This document shows, in pieces, positions 8,746 through 14,513 of a stretch of 16,076 nt of DNA. This DNA is from a virus (Duplodnaviria; Heunggongvirae; Uroviricota; Caudoviricetes). The stretch is from positions 64,001 through 80,076 of the IMG/VR virus record IMGVR_UViG_3300028454_001165, one strand, 5' to 3'. The stretch's first letter is position 1; every line of letters starts with the position of its first letter. The notes under the pieces were generated by a model, which was not told where the DNA came from, ran no database searches, and saw nothing but the letters and a program-made list of their open reading frames with translations. A program made the translations under genes and the position numbers.

Positions 8746-9579
8746 ATGGGAAAATTCAACACTTACCCGGCGGCGGACAGGCTTGCCAAAACCGACATTC
8801 TTCTGAAAGACACGTCGGGTTCTACGGATACCAGAAAGATCACGGGCGAGCTGCTTGCGAGCGATCTTCTCGGTATGATCTCCGCGGACATGCACAGAAA
8901 CGTATATCGCGGCAAGAATCTCGGCACGTCTCTCACGGCGTCGCAGAAGACGGCGATTTCCAGTGGCACGTTCGACGATATTTTCATCGGCGACTACTGG
9001 ACGATCGGCGGGAAAAGCTACGCGGTCGCGGATATGGACTACTGGTATAATCACGGGGATACCGTATTCACGAAGCATCATCTCGTTCTGATCCCGACCA
9101 CCAACATGTACAACGCGAAGATGAACGAGACGAACATCACGACCGGCGCCTATATCGGCTCGGCGATGTACACCGGCGAATACACGAGCGACGAGGAAGT
9201 AAAGGGACTTACCCCCGCCAGAACAGAAATCGCGACGGCTTTCGGGGAGAATCTCCTTACCCACAGAGAGTATCTTGAAAACGCGGTTACGGACGGCATC
9301 GCTACAGCCGGAGCATGGGTCGATTTTACGGTCGATCTGATGTCCGAGACGATGGTCTACGGTCACAGAATCAGATCCACCGGAACAGTTGCCTGCAACT
9401 CCAAGTCCCAGCTCGCACTCTTCAGACTCAAGCCGAACTTCCTCGGAAGAAGCTCTGTATGGCTGTGCGATGTCGTTTCTGCGACCAACTTCGCCCGTGT
9501 CGACAGCTATGGCGCGGCGAGCGGCAACAACGCGTCGAACAGCCTTGGGGTTCGTCCGGTCTTCGCTGTTGGAGTGTAA
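8746..9579 (+). CDS. DGR target protein with C-terminal variable region (predicted C-type-lectin-like fold; likely receptor-binding tail protein)
   Basis: 277 aa with SD AAGGAGG. The C-terminus WLCDVVSATNFARVDSYGAASGNNASNSLGVRPVFAVGV contains the VR and the typical GVRP ending. The N-terminus FNTYPAADRLAKTDILL...TRKIT resembles short fibre-attachment motifs. Confidence 0.9.
   Translation: MGKFNTYPAADRLAKTDILLKDTSGSTDTRKITGELLASDLLGMISADMHRNVYRGKNLGTSLTASQKTAISSGTFDDIFIGDYWTIGGKSYAVADMDYWYNHGDTVFTKHHLVLIPTTNMYNAKMNETNITTGAYIGSAMYTGEYTSDEEVKGLTPARTEIATAFGENLLTHREYLENAVTDGIATAGAWVDFTVDLMSETMVYGHRIRSTGTVACNSKSQLALFRLKPNFLGRSSVWLCDVVSATNFARVDSYGAASGNNASNSLGVRPVFAVGV
9474..9559 (+). repeat. DGR variable repeat (VR) with 3' IMH-like GGGGTTCGTCC
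   Basis: Ungapped match to 10635-10720 (offset 1161). Mismatches at TR adenines: 9496, 9497, 9502, 9506, 9508, 9514, 9515, 9521, 9523, 9524, 9544, 9545, 9558. One non-A mismatch at 9516. Confidence 0.97.
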
Positions 9580-9586
9580 ACCCCGA

Positions 9587-9613
9587 GACCCCTCGTGGGT
9601 CGAGGCGCTTTTT
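9587..9613 (+). other. GC-rich hairpin downstream of VR (candidate DGR target-recognition hairpin and/or weak terminator)
   Basis: GACCC-ctcgt-GGGTC (9587-9601) or the alternative CCTCG-tgggt-CGAGG (9591-9605), followed by cgcTTTTT. Lies 8 nt after the target stop codon. Confidence 0.6.
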
Positions 9614-9657
9614 GAAAAATCCGTAAACAACTACTCAGAAGGGAGATTTACTGAATC

Positions 9658-9975
9658 ATGAATGAAGAGCTTTATACCCTGACTCTCGCGGACGGCACGG
9701 TAATCGAAAACGTCGCCAGAAACGGCGATAACTATATCGTGACCGGGGCCGTCGATACGTCGGTCTTTGAAGACAACTGCGTGCCTCTTACGATTTCCGA
9801 CGGAGAAAATGAGGAAATCCATGAGAATGCGGTCTTCGTGCAGGCACAGGCGCACGGAAATGAAACGTGGCTTGTGTTCCGCGATCTCGGAGCGGCCGAG
9901 CTTCGCGAAATGAGGCTGAGAGCTGACGTGGATTATGTCGCTATGATGGCGGATATCGAACTGGAGGTGGAATAA
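9658..9975 (+). CDS. Acidic phage protein, probable tail-fibre assembly chaperone (XkdW-like position)
   Basis: 105 aa ending ADVDYVAMMADIEL, a pattern typical of proteins immediately upstream of XkdX-family genes. Its stop overlaps the next ATG (TAATG). Confidence 0.6.
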   Translation: MNEELYTLTLADGTVIENVARNGDNYIVTGAVDTSVFEDNCVPLTISDGENEEIHENAVFVQAQAHGNETWLVFRDLGAAELREMRLRADVDYVAMMADIELEVE

Positions 9976-10118
9976 TGGAACATTCTGCAAAATTCGAGAA
10001 GGTAAAGGCTTACTATAAGTCTGGCCTCTGGAACATCACCAAGGTGAGAAACGCCGTCGTGAAGGGATGGATCACCGAAGCTGAGTTCGAGGAAATCACA
10101 GGAATTACCTACGAATGA
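9975..10118 (+). CDS. XkdX-family small phage protein (47 aa; not in the ORF track)
   Basis: Hand translation: MEHSAKFEKVKAYYKSGLWNITKVRNAVVKGWITEAEFEEITGITYE, matching the XkdX pattern (Y..GLW...V..AV.KG.IT..E..EITG). SD GGAGG at 9963-9967. Confidence 0.85.
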   Translation: MEHSAKFEKVKAYYKSGLWNITKVRNAVVKGWITEAEFEEITGITYE

Positions 10119-10624
10119 GCGTAATCGTTCCGAAAAGGAAGCTCTCCCGGTACGAAGCGCTGATCTACGCCGAAACGCTGCAAAAAGAGCTGACTGATTT
10201 AATGCTCAGAGATTTCGGGATAAAAGATATGAACCGTATGCTGAGGAATCAGGCGTTTGCAGCGTCCGGCTGTGATATTCGGTCTGAGGAAGAATACAGG
10301 CTGGCCTGTCGGAAAACAGCGTGGCTGTTCAGTGAGATCAAGAAAAGGATCAATTATCTGACCTCTCTGCTCACAGCCAATCTCAGAGCGGCGCATTCGA
10401 GATTTCCGATGACTCTGCATGAATACGAGATCCGGAGGGACTGCCTGAACGGAGCGATCGTCAACTGTGAGCAGATCAAACAGGAACTGCAAAGATCCGT
10501 TGAAATGTTCGCAGTTGACTTAAACGTATACGAACGCTCTATAAAAGCGATCAACACAGAAATTGAGTTGATAAAGTCTTGGCGATCCCGCGATAATAAG
10601 ATCCGAGTAAAGATCAAGGGGTAG
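10115..10624 (+). CDS. avd: DGR accessory variability determinant (Avd-like four-helix-bundle protein)
   Basis: 169 aa, basic and helical, immediately 5' of TR. Avd-family pattern MSV...R..S.YE / FP....E...RR.....AI..C..I..EL / E..LIK.WR. Start overlaps the XkdX stop (ATGA). Confidence 0.85.
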   Translation: MSVIVPKRKLSRYEALIYAETLQKELTDLMLRDFGIKDMNRMLRNQAFAASGCDIRSEEEYRLACRKTAWLFSEIKKRINYLTSLLTANLRAAHSRFPMTLHEYEIRRDCLNGAIVNCEQIKQELQRSVEMFAVDLNVYERSIKAINTEIELIKSWRSRDNKIRVKIKG

Positions 10625-10634
10625 TGTCTATTTG

Positions 10635-10720
10635 CGTTTCTGCGACCAACTTCGCCAATGTCAACAACAATGGCAATGCGAACAACAACAACGCGTCGAA
10701 CAGCAATGGGGTTCGTCCAG
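10635..10720 (+). ncRNA. DGR template repeat (TR)
   Basis: Intergenic between avd and RT, rich in AAC/AAT triplets (12 AAY codons in the target's frame), identical to VR at all non-A positions except one. Confidence 0.96.
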
Positions 10721-10824
10721 ATTCTCTGCCAACAACAGGGAAGGAGACATTATCAATTCCCGGAAGGGATGAAAAACAAAGCCGGACGTAATTTACTACG
10801 GTAAGTATTACTATAACGGTTAAT
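10721..10824 (+). ncRNA. Structured TR-RT spacer (candidate 3' part of the DGR RNA)
   Basis: Three hairpins read by eye: TTCTCTG/CAGGGAA (10722-10742), TCCC-GGAA-GGGA with a GNRA loop (10758-10769), and TAAT-TTAC-TACG-GTAA-gt-ATTA with a cUNCGg loop (10789-10810). Confidence 0.55.
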
Positions 10825-12102
10825 ATGGCAACAAAATACGAAGACCTTATTTGCGACGCCAATGTTCTTTATAAGGCCTACAAGGCCTCGGTCAAGGGCA
10901 GTAAGTGGAAAGAATCCACTCAGAAGTTCATGCTCAATTTTCTGAGCTATATTTTCGAGCTTCTTGACAAGCTCGTGACGCGGACATATGAAAACGGTCC
11001 GACCGATGAGTTTGAACTGCATGAACGAGGCCGGATCAGGCCTATCACAAGTCTGTGCGTATCGGACAGAATTATCCGTCACGTTCTCTGCGACGAGGTG
11101 TTTCTGCCGGAAGTGCGGAAGAAGATCATCTACGACAACGGAGCATCCATCAACGGGCGCGGATTGGCTCATTCCAGAAAGAGATTTGAAGTACATCTGC
11201 GCAGGTACTTCAAAGAATATGGAAACAATGGATACATCCTGTTCGGTGACTTCTCCAAATTCTATGATAATATCGTACATGAGATCGCAAAACGCGAATT
11301 GCTCAAACTGGTTGACGACGATGAATTTGTAGAGTGGCTGCTGACTTTGATATTTAACGGTTTCAGAGTTGACGTCTCTTTCATGACAGATGATGAATAT
11401 TCGAAGTGCATGACTTCGTGTTTCAACAAGCTGGATTACCGAGAAATTCCAAAGAGCGAACTGACCGGCGAGAAATACATGGAGAAATCGGTCAACATAG
11501 GAGATCAGCTGTCACAGATTATCGGAGTTTATTACCCATATAGGATCGACAACTATGTCAAATACGTCCGAAGTCAAAAGTATTACGGGAGATACATGGA
11601 TGACTTCTATATCATGAATCCGTCAAAAGAAGCGCTTGCAGATATTATGGACCACATCAAAATCATTGCGAGTGAGCTGGGAATACATATCAACGATAAG
11701 AAAACAAGAATCGTAAAGATCAAAGGGCCCTACCGTTACCTCCAATTTCGTTATGAATTGCTCGATAACGGAAAGATTGTTGTAAAAATCAATCAGAAGC
11801 GCGTGACGTGTATGAGGCAAAAGCTGAAAAAGCTGGCTGCGAAACTTGCTCGCGGTGAAAGAAAATATGAAAATATTGAAGGCATGTTCAGAGGATGGAT
11901 GTGCGAATTCTATAAATATATGTCAAAAGAACAGAGAAAGAATATGCTGTCTTTGTATGAGGATTTATTCAAGAAAACAATTCGGATCATAAAGAAGCCG
12001 AATAATAAGAACAAGATGATCATTGAAGACAGAAACGATGTTCAAAAGGAGGTATCACAGTATGGCTCTGACAATAAAGAAGGTCACAATGCCAGCGGAT
12101 AA
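10825..12102 (+). CDS. DGR reverse transcriptase
   Basis: 425 aa. RT motifs ERGRIRPI, DRIIRH, DFSKFYDNIVH, the DGR-type IGxxxSQ motif (IGDQLSQ, 11497-11517) and catalytic YMDD (11593-11604). Adjacent to TR and avd. Confidence 0.97.
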   Translation: MATKYEDLICDANVLYKAYKASVKGSKWKESTQKFMLNFLSYIFELLDKLVTRTYENGPTDEFELHERGRIRPITSLCVSDRIIRHVLCDEVFLPEVRKKIIYDNGASINGRGLAHSRKRFEVHLRRYFKEYGNNGYILFGDFSKFYDNIVHEIAKRELLKLVDDDEFVEWLLTLIFNGFRVDVSFMTDDEYSKCMTSCFNKLDYREIPKSELTGEKYMEKSVNIGDQLSQIIGVYYPYRIDNYVKYVRSQKYYGRYMDDFYIMNPSKEALADIMDHIKIIASELGIHINDKKTRIVKIKGPYRYLQFRYELLDNGKIVVKINQKRVTCMRQKLKKLAAKLARGERKYENIEGMFRGWMCEFYKYMSKEQRKNMLSLYEDLFKKTIRIIKKPNNKNKMIIEDRNDVQKEVSQYGSDNKEGHNASG

Positions 12103-13285
12103 AGTACCCATAAAGTGCCCGTATACAATGACGCCGACAAGAATCGTCATCCACAATACGGCGAATGACGCCAGCGCGCTGAATGAAATCAAATACATGC
12201 AGTCCAACAATAATCAGGTTTCCTTTCATTATGCCGTTGACGATAAGATGGCTGTGCAGGGGATCGAGCTTTGGCGGAACGCATGGCACGCCGGAGACGG
12301 CGGAAGCGAGAAAAGCCTCGGAAATCGGCAGGGAATTGCCATCGAGATCTGTTATTCCAAGTCCGGCGGCGAGCGGTTTATCAAGGCCGAACAGAACGCC
12401 GCAGAACTTGCCGCGCAGCTTTTGATCGATTTCGGCTGGGGGCTCGATAAAATCACGAAGCATCAGGATTACTCCGGCAAATACTGTCCGCACAGGACGC
12501 TTGACATGGGCTGGGATCGGTTTGTAAAAATGGTCGAAGAGAAACGCAACGCTCTGCTCAAAGCGAACAAAGCCGCGGATGTGACCAAAACGACGCTGAA
12601 CGGCTATACGATCGAGCGGGCAAAAGACTTCTCCATCCTGTACTGGGACAAGTCCAAGAAGAAGGGAACCGCACAGTCTTACATCAACGGAGGATTCTTC
12701 GGAGTTTACAAAGAGGGTAACATAACATTTACCCTGCCTGTCGGAAACCTCATTTGCGATGTGATCCCGGACAGTCGGCTTGTCTATTCGGTTCAGAAGT
12801 ACTGGAAGCCTTATGTGAGCGGCGGAAAATTCCGTTACGGAACCGCTGACAATGTTTCGGGTCAGTTCCGTGGAAAGAAGGTCACGACGCTGGTTCTTCC
12901 GACAAACGGAGCTCCCTATGTGGACGAGCTGTCCGCTGCTCCCGTTTCCTCGCGCTATGCCATTTCCGGCATTCCGGTCATTCGGAATGGGGTGGATGTT
13001 AGTTACAACAGTTTCGTCAAACCTCAGGGCTGGGACGATTCGCCTTTCTATGCGACGAGCCGTAATTTCATCGGGCTGAAGGGAACGTCTCTGTGGATCG
13101 TCACGGGAACTTCGAAAACCGCAAATTTCGTTGCCACATCGGAAGTTTATGAAAAGATCAAAGACTTTGGATTCAACGATCTGATCGCGCTGGACGGCGG
13201 AGGCTCTTACTACCACAAGTATGAAGGAAAGGCGGCCTTTGTCTGGAGCGACCGGGATGTCAGCAATCTGGTGGCGTTCGGATGA
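12062..13285 (+). CDS. Endolysin: N-acetylmuramoyl-L-alanine amidase (Amidase_2, XlyA/CwlA-like) fused to a phosphodiester-glycosidase (NAGPA-like) domain
   Basis: Start reassigned to ATG 12062 (SD AGGAGG at 12047-12052), giving 407 aa. Zn-amidase motifs IHNT, AWHAGDG, IEIC, KHQD, KYCP. C-terminal INGGFF and ALDGGGS motifs of the NAGPA/DUF2233 family. Confidence 0.88.
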   Translation: MALTIKKVTMPADKVPIKCPYTMTPTRIVIHNTANDASALNEIKYMQSNNNQVSFHYAVDDKMAVQGIELWRNAWHAGDGGSEKSLGNRQGIAIEICYSKSGGERFIKAEQNAAELAAQLLIDFGWGLDKITKHQDYSGKYCPHRTLDMGWDRFVKMVEEKRNALLKANKAADVTKTTLNGYTIERAKDFSILYWDKSKKKGTAQSYINGGFFGVYKEGNITFTLPVGNLICDVIPDSRLVYSVQKYWKPYVSGGKFRYGTADNVSGQFRGKKVTTLVLPTNGAPYVDELSAAPVSSRYAISGIPVIRNGVDVSYNSFVKPQGWDDSPFYATSRNFIGLKGTSLWIVTGTSKTANFVATSEVYEKIKDFGFNDLIALDGGGSYYHKYEGKAAFVWSDRDVSNLVAFG

Positions 13286-13641
13286 AGAAAGATACGGTGC
13301 TTTGGGCGCGGCAGTACTCCAAGCGTCTGATTACATTTCTGCTCGCGGCGTGGGCCATCGGAGCCGTGATCGGGGTAATCTATGAATTCATACGTCTCAT
13401 TGCGGCCCCGGAGATGGCTTCTATGGATTCCTTCTATATTTATCTCGCGGTTCCGTTGACGTGCGGGATCCCGTCTTATGTGATCCCGAATGTTTTCCTC
13501 AACAAGGAAAAGGTGCGGCAGGGGTACGATCCGGCATACGATTTGAAATATCTTGAAAAAGAAGACATGACCGGAGAAGGGATCGGAGAACCGAACGAAG
13601 GCATGGAAACCGCAATCGAGCAGGTATCGATGGATATTTGA
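13282..13641 (+). CDS. Membrane protein with two predicted TM helices (holin-like or lysis accessory)
   Basis: 119 aa with hydrophobic stretches LITFLLAAWAIGAVIGVIY and FYIYLAVPLTCGIPSYVIP and an acidic tail. ATGA overlap with the endolysin stop. Confidence 0.6.
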   Translation: MKKDTVLWARQYSKRLITFLLAAWAIGAVIGVIYEFIRLIAAPEMASMDSFYIYLAVPLTCGIPSYVIPNVFLNKEKVRQGYDPAYDLKYLEKEDMTGEGIGEPNEGMETAIEQVSMDI

Positions 13642-13685
13642 AACAAACGTGGAAAGGACGCTGAACAGCGCACGGGTATATCACT

Positions 13686-14119
13686 TTGAAAGAATTTCTG
13701 CTTGCCTTGCTCGGAGGCGGCGTGGCTGTAACGGTTGTCGAAACAATAAAAGAGGCAATCGCCTGGCATCGGAACCGTAAGGCTCAGCTCGAAGACAGAA
13801 GGGAAGAGGAGCTGAAGCGAAAAACGGAAGAAAGAATCCGAAATCTCGAAACAACTGTAGAGAAAGTCGAAAAAATGGTGATGATCCTTCTGGAAAGCCA
13901 AAAGAATTCACTATTTGACCGGATACAGTATCTTGCAAGAAATACATTGCGGAAGGTGCGATCGATGTGGACGACCTTCGGGCATTGAACGCGCTCTACC
14001 GGAGTTATCACGGTTACACGGACGATCACGGTGTGTATCACGAAGGCGTCGGTGGAAACGGCGATCTTGAAGACCTGATGAAGATCGTTCGCAAGCTGCC
14101 GCTCAAAGATTTGAAATGA
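13686..14119 (+). pseudogene. Frameshifted holin-associated membrane/coiled-coil protein (~144 aa if repaired)
   Basis: ORF 13686-13988 has an N-terminal TM and ...DRIQYLAR. A -1 shift at AGAAAT (13938-13943) continues as KYIAEGAIDVDDLRALNALYRSYH...GVGGNGDLEDLMKIVRKLPLKDLK* (stop 14117-14119), the C-terminus typical of this lysis-module family (Y...G.I..DDL...Y..YH...GGNG....M..V..LP). Confidence 0.72.
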
Positions 14120-14132
14120 CGGAGGAATCAAA

Positions 14133-14387
14133 ATGAATTCTGAATTTGTAAAGAAATTCCTGTCGAGGAAGTTTCTCGTGTCTCTCATCGGAATGATCGT
14201 CGGGCTGGCGATCGCTCTCGGTGCGGACAGTTCCGAAATCATGCAGGTTGCCGGAGCAATTACGTCCGCCGTATCCGCAGTCAGCTACATTTTCGGCGAG
14301 GCAAAGATCGACGCGGCCGCTGTGGAGCCGATTCCGCTTCTTCCCGCTCCCAAGAGCGATTCGGATGAAGTAAACGACTGGAAATGA
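14133..14387 (+). CDS. Holin-like protein (two TM helices)
   Basis: 84 aa with SD GGAGG at 14121-14125. KKFLSRKFL motif followed by two hydrophobic helices; located in the lysis module. Confidence 0.72.
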   Translation: MNSEFVKKFLSRKFLVSLIGMIVGLAIALGADSSEIMQVAGAITSAVSAVSYIFGEAKIDAAAVEPIPLLPAPKSDSDEVNDWK

Positions 14388-14399
14388 TATTTGAAGAAG

Positions 14400-14430
14400 A
14401 GCCGCTTGGGGTATTCTCGAGCGGCTTTTT
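14400..14430 (+). terminator. Rho-independent terminator ending the late operon
   Basis: AGCCGCTTGGG-gtatt-CTCGAGCGGCT, an 11-bp stem with 2 G-U pairs, followed by TTTT. Further T-rich sequence downstream and a purine/A-rich 5' flank suggest it may be bidirectional. Confidence 0.85.
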
Positions 14431-14473
14431 CATTCTCTCTTCTTTTTTTGTGCACGCGGGTGATGATGAAGTG

Positions 14474-14482
14474 TGGTAGAAT
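14474..14482 (+). promoter_or_regulatory. Candidate extended -10 promoter for xis
   Basis: TGgTAGAAT about 31 nt upstream of the xis ATG and downstream of the terminator. No good -35 at 16-18 nt spacing. Confidence 0.4.
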
Positions 14483-14513
14483 CGCACCGGAACAAAACTC
14501 ACGGAGGTGTTTT

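Larger units (their letters stand above)
8746..12102 (+). mobile_element. Diversity-generating retroelement (target/VR, avd, TR, RT)
   Basis: All four components are present, with an adenine-specific TR/VR mismatch pattern and a DGR-type RT. Confidence 0.97.

Noticed and set aside
8719-9630. 303-aa minus-strand ORF opposite the DGR target (it would also be mutagenised by the DGR)
   Set aside because: Arg-rich, motif-less antisense shadow with no expression signals seen. The TR's AAY design fits only the + frame.
10657-10707. AAC microsatellite-like run or possible CRISPR-like repeat
   Set aside because: Fully explained as the adenine-rich TR. There is no repeat-spacer periodicity and no cas genes.
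10624-10791. 55-codon GTG-started ORF through TR (VSICVSATNFANVNNNGNANNNNASNSNGVRPD...)
   Set aside because: An open frame is expected because TR copies a coding VR and AAY codons exclude stops, and the SD spacing is poor. Treated as non-coding template unless ribosome profiling shows otherwise.
12023-12061. ORF-track starts at 12023 (endolysin), 14391 (xis) and 74 (TMP)
   Set aside because: Better starts with SD sites are at 12062 and 14514. The TMP frame is open to the window edge.
10825-12102. Alternative identity of the RT as a group II intron, retron or Abi defence RT
   Set aside because: No maturase/endonuclease extension, no retron VTG motif, and the IGxxxSQ motif plus avd plus the A-specific TR/VR pair identify it as a DGR RT.
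12020-13216. 398-aa minus-strand ORF opposite the endolysin
   Set aside because: No recognisable motifs or SD, and fully antisense to a well-supported gene. Consistent with a shadow ORF produced by codon bias.
14430-14460. T-rich tract as a possible att or Tn916-like end between the lysis module and xis
   Set aside because: No matching repeat or arm-type sites were found in the window, it is explained as terminator flank, and Tn916-type ends lie downstream of int.
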